From the IMG/VR virus record IMGVR_UViG_3300015615_001152, positions 321 to 64,320 of that record: a stretch of DNA of 64,000 bases; one strand, written 5' to 3'. The translations under genes and the position numbers were made by a program. Source of the stretch: a virus. The notes beneath the pieces are model-generated. The model made no database searches. It saw only the letters and a list, made by a program, of their open reading frames with translations, and was not told the origin of the DNA. Of this stretch, positions 9,473-17,887 are shown in pieces. Position 1 is the first letter of the stretch. Each line of letters begins with the position of its first letter.

Positions 9473-11398
9473 ATGCACCACAATATGACGCACCTCCTGC
9501 GCGCCCGCGCGCGCGCCGCTCTCGCCCTGCTTGTCCCCGCCACCTTTGCCATGACCGCCTGCGGCTGGGCAGCGACCATCACCGTCAATTCGACCGCCGA
9601 TGTGGCCGCGAATGACGGTGCCTGCACCTTTCGCGAGGCACTGATCGCAGCCAATACCGACACGGCGTCCGGCGCCCTGCCTGGCGAGTGCGGTGCCGGT
9701 GCCGGGGCCGACGTGATCGAATTTGCGATTCCGGGTGCCGGTGCCAAGCTGATCGCCACATCGACGGCGCTGCCGACGATCACGACCCGCGTGCACATCA
9801 ACGGCTTCACGCAGTCCGGCGCTGCGCCGAACAGTAACGGCCCGGGTCTGGGCAGCAACGCCGTGCTGATGATCGAAATCGACAACGGTGCGGTCCCCAA
9901 CAACACCCTGCTCTCGATCGGCGGTGCCGGTGCCGCCAACTCGATCGTCGAAGGGCTGGTGCTGAGCCGCAGTGCCAATTCGGGCTGCTGCGCCAACGCC
10001 GCGATCACGGTGTCGGGCACCTCGGCCGTGTGGATCCGCGGCAATCTGTTTGGAACCGACGCCACGGCGACCGCACTCAAGAAGTTTGGCGATCGCGGCG
10101 TCTACATCGACAACAATACGACCGGCGTAATCGTCGGATCGAGCGCCGCGGCGCTGGTGCCGGCCTATCGCAACGTGTTCTCGGGCGCAGGCACCGCCAT
10201 CACCTCAAGCGGCACGCCGACCGCGCTGACGGTGCGCGGCAACTTCGTCGGCACGACGCCGGCCGGCAACGCGGTGCTCTCGTCATCGGCCGTGAACACC
10301 GGTATCTGGATCGACAACACGGTGGGCGCTTCGGTCGTATCGGACAACCTGATCGCCGGCAGCAATCAGTACGGCATGCGCGTGCGCTTTGCCAACGGCA
10401 CCGTCATCGAAAACAACCTGATCGGTGTCGCGGTTGACGGCGTGACCCCGCTCGGCAATGGCACTGGTGGCGGCATCCTCGCGCAGGACACCAACGGATC
10501 GCCATTCACGGGCATGACCATTCGCAACAACACGATCGCCAACAACGCCGGCCCGGGCGTGACTATCGCGCGCAACAACGCGGCCAACGTGGTCCGTGGT
10601 ATCGTGATCTCGCAGAACATCATCCACAGCAATGCGATCGCGCAGATCGATCTGACCAACGCCTTGCCAGGCGATGCCAGCACCGCCAACGATGCCCTTG
10701 ACGCGGACACCGGCGCCAACAATCTGCAGAACTACCCGGTGCTGTCCGCAGCGACGGGCAATGGCCTCACCGTATCGGTGCCGTACACCTTCAACAGCGA
10801 GCCCAACCAGAGTTTTGTGCTTGAGCTGTTCCGCGCGCCAAGCTGCGCCCCGTCGGGGCATGGTGGCGGCGTGACCTATCTTGGACAGTTGACCGTAGTC
10901 ACCGACGCGTCCGGCAACGCCAGCGGCACGGCCAGCCTCGCGTCTGGCGTGACCAGCGGCGTCATCAGCGCGACTGCGACGCATGCAGTCAATGGCACGT
11001 CCGAGTTCTCGGCCTGTGCGACATTGTCTGCTGCGATCGCCAACGTCACGCTGAGCGTCAACAAGTCGGGCGCCGGCGCCGGCACCGTTACCGGCACCGG
11101 CATCAACTGCGGCGTCGACTGCACCGAATCCGTTGCCCCCAACACCGTAGTCGTGCTGACTGCCACACCTGTGGCCGGCTCGATCTTCGCCGGCTGGACG
11201 GGCGGTGGCTGCAGTGGCACCGGCACCTGCAGCGTGACCCTCAGTGCCGCGACCACCGTCACCGCCCAGTTCGACCTGGCCGCCGTGGTCGCACCAGCGT
11301 CGCCACTGCCGATACCTGCCCTGCACACCGCGGCGCTGGCCGCACTGGCTGCGCTGTTACTGCTGTCGGCTGCAGCCGTACGCCGTGCTTGGGACTGA
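9473..11398 (+). CDS. CSLREA-type/beta-helix surface protein with InlB-B-like repeat and IPTL-CTERM anchor
   Basis: ATITVNSTAD...CTFREALIAAN; DADTGANNLQNYPVL; GTSEFS; GTVTGTGINCG.DC...LTATP..GS.F.GW.G.C; IPAL + hydrophobic helix + RR; start 9473 or 9485. Confidence 0.85.
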   Translation: MHHNMTHLLRARARAALALLVPATFAMTACGWAATITVNSTADVAANDGACTFREALIAANTDTASGALPGECGAGAGADVIEFAIPGAGAKLIATSTALPTITTRVHINGFTQSGAAPNSNGPGLGSNAVLMIEIDNGAVPNNTLLSIGGAGAANSIVEGLVLSRSANSGCCANAAITVSGTSAVWIRGNLFGTDATATALKKFGDRGVYIDNNTTGVIVGSSAAALVPAYRNVFSGAGTAITSSGTPTALTVRGNFVGTTPAGNAVLSSSAVNTGIWIDNTVGASVVSDNLIAGSNQYGMRVRFANGTVIENNLIGVAVDGVTPLGNGTGGGILAQDTNGSPFTGMTIRNNTIANNAGPGVTIARNNAANVVRGIVISQNIIHSNAIAQIDLTNALPGDASTANDALDADTGANNLQNYPVLSAATGNGLTVSVPYTFNSEPNQSFVLELFRAPSCAPSGHGGGVTYLGQLTVVTDASGNASGTASLASGVTSGVISATATHAVNGTSEFSACATLSAAIANVTLSVNKSGAGAGTVTGTGINCGVDCTESVAPNTVVVLTATPVAGSIFAGWTGGGCSGTGTCSVTLSAATTVTAQFDLAAVVAPASPLPIPALHTAALAALAALLLLSAAAVRRAWD

Positions 11399-11454
11399 GG
11401 CAACGCCGGTAGATCCAGATCTCCACCAACCGCAATCACTCCAATGAGGACACC

Positions 11455-11742
11455 ATGCACACCCGCACCGCACTCCGCCCGCTCATACTCTGCCTTGGAC
11501 TGCTGATCATGACGCAACCCACACTGGCCCAATCGGTCGCCGCAATGGCTGCACCTGCCTTCGAAGAGGTACTGAACCAGAGTCTCGCGCAGAAAAAAGG
11601 CCTGTCGATCTACATCGCAGGCCAAGTCATCAATGGCGTCTTCGTCAAGCGCATCGATGCCAATACCATCGAAGTGCGCAACCAGACGTTCGGTCGCATT
11701 CTCATTCGCGTCGACCGCATCGACGCCATCGCTATCTCGTGA
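11455..11742 (+). CDS. Small exported protein
   Basis: GAGGA RBS, signal peptide, compact beta-rich domain. Confidence 0.7.
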   Translation: MHTRTALRPLILCLGLLIMTQPTLAQSVAAMAAPAFEEVLNQSLAQKKGLSIYIAGQVINGVFVKRIDANTIEVRNQTFGRILIRVDRIDAIAIS

Positions 11743-11809
11743 GCGATGCCAGCGCGAGGACGCAAGGTCCTCGCGCTGCGCGGGTCACCTCGGTGCCCGC
11801 GCGGACAGG

Positions 11810-12298
11810 CTACTGCGCGTAGAAGTAGTAGCAGCCAAACAGCGTCTTCGCGTTCTTGCCGCGGCCCTCTTCCATCAGGATCACCGTCCGCTTCTCGCCG
11901 ATCTTGAGCTCGCAGCTACGCGCACCGCCTTCGGTTTCGCAACGCGTGATCGCCTTGCTGGTCTGTTTCTCAAGACTCGCCTTGACGGCGTCGAAGCTGG
12001 CATCAGCCAGCACCGAAAAGCCGACCGCCATACCCACGCTGTCGGGGTACAGGCGCACCACCGGAAAACCCAGCAGAGTCGCCGGCTGCGTCGGCAGGTA
12101 GAACGGTTCGCGATCCTGTGCCCGAAAGCCAGACAGCGCATCGCGGAACGACTGAATGCGCGCCGGATTCTCCTTCCAGTCGCGCCATGATTCCTGGCAG
12201 GTCGCCAGCGTCAGCAACGTCGGGTTGTCGGCGGCAAGGGCCGGAGCGAGCGGCAGCAGCGTGGCGAGCAACACGCTCGCGAAAATTCTCTTGGTCAT
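11810..12298 (-). CDS. Exported hypothetical protein
   Basis: Signal peptide MTKRIFASVLLATLLPLAPALA; four Cys. Confidence 0.75.
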   Translation of the reverse strand: MTKRIFASVLLATLLPLAPALAADNPTLLTLATCQESWRDWKENPARIQSFRDALSGFRAQDREPFYLPTQPATLLGFPVVRLYPDSVGMAVGFSVLADASFDAVKASLEKQTSKAITRCETEGGARSCELKIGEKRTVILMEEGRGKNAKTLFGCYYFYAQ

Positions 12299-12390
12299 CT
12301 TGTTCGTTGGATTCGGTGAAAACCAGAACGATAGAGACTATGCGGGTACAACTGAATTACACGGTGCGCCCGCCGCAAGAATGGTCACAC

Positions 12391-12462
12391 AAAGAAACAG
12401 GGCCAGCTATTAACCTTCCGGCCCTTCTCGCCTGTGGCGCGGCTGGCAGGAAATGAGCCCAC
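12391..12462 (-). repeat. Degenerate second copy of the tRNA-Arg 3' end plus terminator (old att scar)
   Basis: tggcgcggctggcaggaaatgagcccac (12435-12462) matches 14728-14755 at 26/28 nt; the adjacent terminator-like sequence resembles 14681-14720. Confidence 0.8.
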
Positions 12463-12611
12463 TCGCCCTGGTACTTAGCCAACTTTAGACCGACAACCGC
12501 CCCGAACGAAGGTTGAACTGAGCGGTCGCCGGTGCGCCACGCCGCCTGATCGCGCATCATCGCTGTTTTGTCGTCACGCTTTGGCAACCAGCGCCGCACG
12601 TGACATTTCAC

Positions 12612-14009
12612 TCAGCGACGTTTTCGAGCGATCAGCTTGAATGGCGGTGGGTTGACGCTTTCAGGCAGTAGAGCGATTGCATACTGATCGTCACCGCCGC
12701 CGTCAACCACCCACGCGGGAATGTCGGTGGGATCAAACGGAACCGGAACCGGCGACGAATACTCGGCACGGCCCAGTCGGTACGCGATCGTCCATCTTCC
12801 GGCCGACGTCGACGCTATCGTCGCAGGGTCACGAACTATCGCTATCGACCCATCAGGGGTCATGGCCGACGGGAACTCGCCCGCGGACTCGACGCCCAGT
12901 CGGGTGATCGGATCGCTCCACACAACGCCAACACCCGCCTCGCAAAATGCGAAACGACCGGGGCATCCGTACTTCACCAGAAGATCACCTCCGGAGGTGT
13001 GTACGAAGTGGGTGTAAGCACTCCAGACAGATTGGCCGCCATATGTTTGGGGCGTCAAATGGATGGTGTCGAACCGACCTGCGTGCGAGAGCAGCACTGC
13101 GCCCGCACCAAACGAGCCGCCGCTCCAGTACGCAAGATCACCGTTGCGGAGCACCTTTAACTCCTCCCCGCCGCACGAGCGAGGAGCAATGAAGCAACCA
13201 TAGCCAAACGGTGCTCCGGTTACGGCGGGTACGGCGAAGTACATCAGCCATTGAGCATCTTGAAAAAATGTCGGACTGGTATTACCTCGCCAGCCCAAAC
13301 GCACGTAGAAACCGGCCGACGATTGATAAGCTTCGGCCCAACTCCAGATCGGCGGCTGCGGCTGGGTGAACCTGTCGGGCGCGACGTCCTGCGGGACGGG
13401 CATCGATGTGAGCGGCTCCCATCGGTTGTCGTTCAAACGCAGCACGTCGACTGTCGACTGGGTGTTTGGCGCGCCGCGCACTGTCGCCGCAATCAAGGCG
13501 CCGTCAGCTGCCGTGGTGTATCCGACCCGAGCACTGCCTGGCGATACCAGCGAGGGCGCAGCGACCCGCTCCCAAGTCTCGGATTGCGGGCGCCATACAT
13601 ACACACCGCTGTCGAGGCCGGTGACCACGCCCTTCTGCGTCAATTCGACGAAGGTGACAGCAGGATCCCGCGTCCCGAGGCGAGTTGGCCCGGTCCACAC
13701 GTTGGACGAACTCAGGTGCCACGCATCGGTCGCTGAAGGCAGCCAGTTCTCCCCTGGCGCGTATGTGACCGTAACGATGAGCAGTCCACCCTTTTGGTCA
13801 CTCGTTACGTGCACACGGGCTCGCGTGAGTGCGGCAAGTTGAGGTGGAAGGGTCTGAGGCGTCCACGCTGACCACGTAGGTGCCAACGGTGGCAAGGGTG
13901 GAGCCGGCGCCGAATCACCACCGCCACCGCACCCGCTCAGCAAGACGACAAACGCGGACATCACGATGATCTTCGAGCGCATTACTAGACAACGAACGCG
14001 AGACTGCAT
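12612..14009 (-). CDS. Lipoprotein, probably beta-rich
   Basis: Lipobox LLSGC followed by a GGGG/Pro linker; AGGAG 9 nt upstream of ATG 14009; alternative start 13982. Confidence 0.7.
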   Translation of the reverse strand: MQSRVRCLVMRSKIIVMSAFVVLLSGCGGGGDSAPAPPLPPLAPTWSAWTPQTLPPQLAALTRARVHVTSDQKGGLLIVTVTYAPGENWLPSATDAWHLSSSNVWTGPTRLGTRDPAVTFVELTQKGVVTGLDSGVYVWRPQSETWERVAAPSLVSPGSARVGYTTAADGALIAATVRGAPNTQSTVDVLRLNDNRWEPLTSMPVPQDVAPDRFTQPQPPIWSWAEAYQSSAGFYVRLGWRGNTSPTFFQDAQWLMYFAVPAVTGAPFGYGCFIAPRSCGGEELKVLRNGDLAYWSGGSFGAGAVLLSHAGRFDTIHLTPQTYGGQSVWSAYTHFVHTSGGDLLVKYGCPGRFAFCEAGVGVVWSDPITRLGVESAGEFPSAMTPDGSIAIVRDPATIASTSAGRWTIAYRLGRAEYSSPVPVPFDPTDIPAWVVDGGGDDQYAIALLPESVNPPPFKLIARKRR

Positions 14010-14679
14010 CTGCACTTACTCCTCTGTATAAGCACATGCTAACACTCGATCATTACATCGAATCGCGCCGTCGGCAATTGGCGACACCGTAGGACATCCA
14101 CGATTCGGCGGTCAACGATGCGCATTGACGCAGAAGTTTCTGACGATCGCGCCGATCGTCAAACAGCTTCAGAAGGATCTGGATGAATCCTAAGGCTCAG
14201 CCAAGGTCCTGCACATTGTTCGCTGCAGCGACCCTGCGCTCGACTGACTGGCGGCCATGCGCAAAACCTCGGAGCCGCACGATGCCGAAGAGGCGTCGAA
14301 GGGAAAGCCGCAGTGAGGAGCAAGCGCCGAGCGCGGCGCTGTTGTAAGGCGTCACGTCGGATGGATGCATGACCCGTGTCAAGGCGCCAGGCGCGCGATC
14401 GCGCTACTGGATTGTTCGCAAACAGAATCCACATCAAGGCTCCCTAATCGCCAGGGAGGTCCAACAGTGATGCATGCGCACTAACCAAATCGCGTGACCA
14501 CGATCAACTGAGACCTAGGATCACTTCAGCTTACGCGGGGCATGGCTCGGATCGTGTTGTACGCAAGGCCGAGTGGCTAACTTGTTCGTTACCCTCATCC
14601 GCAGACGTCCTCGCATTTCCGGCCAACGCCACATCGCCACGGCAACCGGACCGCAACCATAGACGAAAGCGGCGCCCCG

Positions 14680-14720
14680 AAAAGAAAAAGGGCCAGAAGC
14701 TTTTAACCTTCTGACCCTTC
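14680..14720 (-). terminator. Terminator downstream of the tRNA-Arg 3' end
   Basis: Minus strand GAAGGGTCAGAAG-loop-CTTCTGGCCCTT followed by a T-rich tract. Confidence 0.75.
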
Positions 14721-14727
14721 TTGTGTG

Positions 14728-14773
14728 TGGCGCGGCTGGCAGGAATTGAACCCACGACCCCTTGGTTCGTAGC
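14728..14773 (-). other. 3' half of tRNA-Arg(ACG) = prophage attachment core (not a complete tRNA)
   Basis: Minus strand GCTACGAACCAAGGGGTCGTGGGTTCAATTCCTGCCAGCCGCGCCA: anticodon loop CTACGAA, T-loop GTTCAAT, CCA end; the 5' half is absent. Confidence 0.9.
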
Positions 14774-14787
14774 TTTCCTATCCGACG

Positions 14788-14800
14788 CAAGTTATTGATT
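14788..14800 (-). promoter_or_regulatory. IHF-binding site in the att arm
   Basis: AATCAATAACTTG matches the consensus WATCAANNNNTTR exactly. Confidence 0.7.
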
Positions 14801-14867
14801 TTAATGGTGTTTTAACCGTCCGTTCCGACGATTTCTGCACTGTCATGCCCCGGACCGCGGGGTTCAC

Positions 14868-14885
14868 TCACGCAAAAGTCACGCA
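14868..14885 (+). repeat. Putative integrase arm-type direct repeats
   Basis: TCACGCA at 14868 and 14879, ~100 bp inside the att core. Confidence 0.5.
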
Positions 14886-14893
14886 GGCCATAA

Positions 14894-14909
14894 CTGTATG
14901 CTTGCACAG
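14894..14909 (+). promoter_or_regulatory. LexA (SOS) box
   Basis: CTGTATGCTTGCACAG = CTGT-N8-ACAG, abutting the GTG start at 14909. Confidence 0.7.
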
Positions 14910-15271
14910 TGAGCACGCTTCCCAAATGCCGAGACTGCGACCAGCCCCGCGCCAACTCGCAACTGGACGTCTGCGCCGCCTGCTTTGACCGCCTGAACGT
15001 CAAGATCGCGGAACAGACCGAAGCCGAGCGCGCGGCCGCGAAAGCCGAGCACATCGCGTCGATGAAGTACCGGTTCGGTAACCTACTCGCCCAGATCCCG
15101 CTCGAGACACTGCGCGACGTGATCGCCGGACTGCCGCCGCCAGCTCAGCACCCATCCACCGTCAGCGTCACGCGACCGGTGCCGGGGTTCGGCGACCTGC
15201 AGCTGACCCTGCAGAGCAATGCCGCGCCCGGGCGGCTGTTCTGGACAGCCTGGCGGGTTACGCGAGAGTGA
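14909..15271 (+). CDS. Hypothetical protein with N-terminal CxxC...CxxC zinc ribbon
   Basis: CRDC-x10-CAAC; starts at the SOS box. Confidence 0.6.
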   Translation: MSTLPKCRDCDQPRANSQLDVCAACFDRLNVKIAEQTEAERAAAKAEHIASMKYRFGNLLAQIPLETLRDVIAGLPPPAQHPSTVSVTRPVPGFGDLQLTLQSNAAPGRLFWTAWRVTRE

Positions 15272-15488
15272 GCGACAAGGCCCCGCGTTGAGCGCTGCGC
15301 CGCGTCTCTTAAACTGATTGAAATGTTGTGTGTTAGGCGAATATTCTTCGAATATTTTGGAGACTCCAATGCGAGAACATTGCAGCCTTCCGCAGCTTGG
15401 CCTCGCACGCGCGATAGTCGCGAAAATCAGCGTGGCCTCCCTTAGAAGGCTGGTTAGCGCTGTTGCGGCGGCGTAATGGTCGCCCCAA

Positions 15489-16448
15489 GTGTCGACACCA
15501 GAACCTACCAAAATTGCAGCCGCAAACGAAAGACGACCGATGCGCCCGAACCCTTTTGACCTCGAGAAAGCTGCATTGTGTACTGTGCGTATCGTTGCTA
15601 CCCATACAGACGGCAGCGTAGGCCTAGGAACCGGTTTCTTTTATTCGTGGACCGAACCTGGTCGAGATGGTGAACATCTCGGGATAGTCACGAACAAACA
15701 CGTAGTTCGTGATGCGGTCACGATTGACTTGGTTTTTACTCAAGCTGACGTGAACGGTGTAGCGAACCTTGGCAACACCTTCAACGCGCGACTAGACAAC
15801 GTGCAGCGGAGTGTTGTTAACCATCCGGATCCTCAAGTTGATCTGTGCGCTATACAGGCCACCGGGATGATGTACGAGATTCGAAATCGTGGCGGCAATC
15901 CCGCCATCTGCATTCTGCGCGATAGAGATCTCCCATCACCAAACGAACTTGAAGATCTTAACGTCTTCGAAGACACAGTTGTTGTTGGGTATCCGGACGG
16001 CTTATGGGACGCGCGCAACAACCTGCCTATCTTTCGGCGTGCAGCAACTGCGACGCATCCAACTGTGGACTATCAAGGCGAACCGAAATTTCTGATTGAC
16101 TGTGCGATATATCCGGGGTCCAGCGGTTCTCCCGTGTTTCTCTACAACGCCGGCCCCACAAATTCTCGTAATGGTGCGATCAACATGCTTGGTCCTCGCG
16201 TCCGACTGCTTGGCATCGTCCACGCGACGTTTATGTTTGCTGCGGACGGAACTGTCGAACCAGTTCCAGCGCCAACACAGCGCCTCGCCAGCCGTACCGC
16301 GGTGCCAAACAACCTCGGAATCGTCGTTAAGGCATCTTGCCTCAGTGCCGTCGGGGCCGAACTCATTTCGCGAGCTAACGCCGACGCGGCCGCGCTACAG
16401 GTGGCCAGCCGCCCACTGAGTTGGAAGGAACTTTTTGCGAAACGCTAG
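15489..16448 (+). CDS. Trypsin-like serine protease (S1), no signal peptide
   Basis: GTGF, TNKHVV (His), VDLC (Asp), PGSSGSP (Ser); start 15489 or 15540. Confidence 0.85.
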   Translation: MSTPEPTKIAAANERRPMRPNPFDLEKAALCTVRIVATHTDGSVGLGTGFFYSWTEPGRDGEHLGIVTNKHVVRDAVTIDLVFTQADVNGVANLGNTFNARLDNVQRSVVNHPDPQVDLCAIQATGMMYEIRNRGGNPAICILRDRDLPSPNELEDLNVFEDTVVVGYPDGLWDARNNLPIFRRAATATHPTVDYQGEPKFLIDCAIYPGSSGSPVFLYNAGPTNSRNGAINMLGPRVRLLGIVHATFMFAADGTVEPVPAPTQRLASRTAVPNNLGIVVKASCLSAVGAELISRANADAAALQVASRPLSWKELFAKR

Positions 16449-16688
16449 CTTTCGGTGACAAAAACAGCACTCCAAAAGTGCGAACGTTCACAAACACCCA
16501 AACTCAGCGGCGCCAGGAATCCGGATTCAAACGTGCACTCAACTCGCCGCAGACAAGCATGCGGGGAAAATTGCGCCGCTGGATAGCAGAATTTCCTGAT
16601 CGAATGCATTGAGCCTCAGATTTGAGCCTATTGCAGATATTGCTATCTTCAGCGAAGCTACGCGGCCGCACACGACACCGCAACCACC

Positions 16689-16943
16689 ATGCCTCGCTTC
16701 GTTCAACCGCAGGTTGTCTGCCGCGACCGCGATCTGCCATGCAATCCCATCGTCAACCTGGACTTTGTCGTCGCTATCGAGCAATCCAGCGACACCGATG
16801 CCAACGAGGCACCGCGCCACAACATACTGTTTCGCATGCACGGCGAGCACATGACGATCATTTGGTCGTTCCGCGACAGCGACGCGCGCGACAATGAACT
16901 GACGAATGTGCTGCTGCGGTGCGGGGTGCCGCTGCCTATCTGA
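16689..16943 (+). CDS. Small hypothetical protein
   Basis: 84-aa ATG ORF with globular composition, co-oriented with its neighbours. Confidence 0.5.
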   Translation: MPRFVQPQVVCRDRDLPCNPIVNLDFVVAIEQSSDTDANEAPRHNILFRMHGEHMTIIWSFRDSDARDNELTNVLLRCGVPLPI

Positions 16944-17079
16944 TCGCGGGCCAGTCGTCGGCGTGCAACAGCTGCGCGGCTCTTGCAGGAGCGACCAATG
17001 TGGGGCCCTATTGCGAGCCGAGCGCCAGCTCGTAAACTGATCGGTGTGCCTGACCACTGGCATATTTTTAGGGGGAGCC

Positions 17080-17238
17080 ATGAAGTACATGATTGACGAA
17101 GCGACCACAGCGGCCAGACTGGCGGAATCCGTCAACGAGAAACTCGCGTTGGGGTGGCAGCCCGCCGGCGGTCTGATGATCGCCTTCAACGCCGAAATGA
17201 ACGTGCACGTGTTCTACCAAGCGCTTACGCGAGAGTGA
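17080..17238 (+). CDS. DUF1737-like small protein
   Basis: GGGGGAG RBS; L..sVNE.LA.GWQP.GG...FYQAL pattern. Confidence 0.7.
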   Translation: MKYMIDEATTAARLAESVNEKLALGWQPAGGLMIAFNAEMNVHVFYQALTRE

Positions 17239-17885
17239 TGAGTAGCGAGACACCGCTCGACGCAGGAAGCCTTGATCCGCTTGCCGAGCACAATTTGCGA
17301 ATGGCGACATTCGCTAAGCGCGCCGGTCTACCCGGCGATTGGTACAACGCAATCCGGACGGAATCTCCGGACGATTGGACCTTTACCGTCAAAACAGCGG
17401 CAGCGATCGAGGATGCTGTTGGGCAGCTGATTGTGTCGACCATATCCCCTGCTCCGCTTGCCGAGTTTGTGTTGCGCCGCCCGCATGTCGAACGTATCAG
17501 GCTGCTCGAGCAGATGGGGGTCATCTCGCACGGCTTTTGCGCCGGTTTACGAGCCATTGCCAAGCTCCGCAACGCTTATGCGCACAAGATCGGCTACGCC
17601 ACGCTGACACTGGACCAGATGCTGGCCATGCGTACGAACGATCAGCGCGAGATTTTGGACGGAATCGTTCGGGGTATCTACGGTCAAACGGAAGACTTGC
17701 CTGCCGAAGCGCACCTGGTGCTTAAGGTAGGATTGAAAACCGCAGTTTGGCTCGTAATGATGAACTTCCTTGCGTCAAGCTACTCCCACCTGCCGGAAGA
17801 ATCTGCTCAGCGTGCACAGGCGATCAATGACTTCTACGGCATCAACTCGCCACCATCGGCCACGGTGCCCGCGGGCGGCGCGTAG
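17238..17885 (+). CDS. HEPN-like (MtlR-type) protein
   Basis: TGATG overlap with the upstream gene; RI.LL.QMG.I...L..I.KLRNAYAH contains an Rx4H motif. Confidence 0.65.
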   Translation: MSSETPLDAGSLDPLAEHNLRMATFAKRAGLPGDWYNAIRTESPDDWTFTVKTAAAIEDAVGQLIVSTISPAPLAEFVLRRPHVERIRLLEQMGVISHGFCAGLRAIAKLRNAYAHKIGYATLTLDQMLAMRTNDQREILDGIVRGIYGQTEDLPAEAHLVLKVGLKTAVWLVMMNFLASSYSHLPEESAQRAQAINDFYGINSPPSATVPAGGA

Positions 17886-17887
17886 AC

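Noticed and set aside
14016..14680. Integrase remnant in the islet
   Set aside because: Short ORFs here show no recognisable tyrosine or serine recombinase motifs.
14728..14773. Complete tRNA gene
   Set aside because: Only the anticodon loop to CCA is present; the D-arm and 5' acceptor strand are missing, so it is an att remnant.
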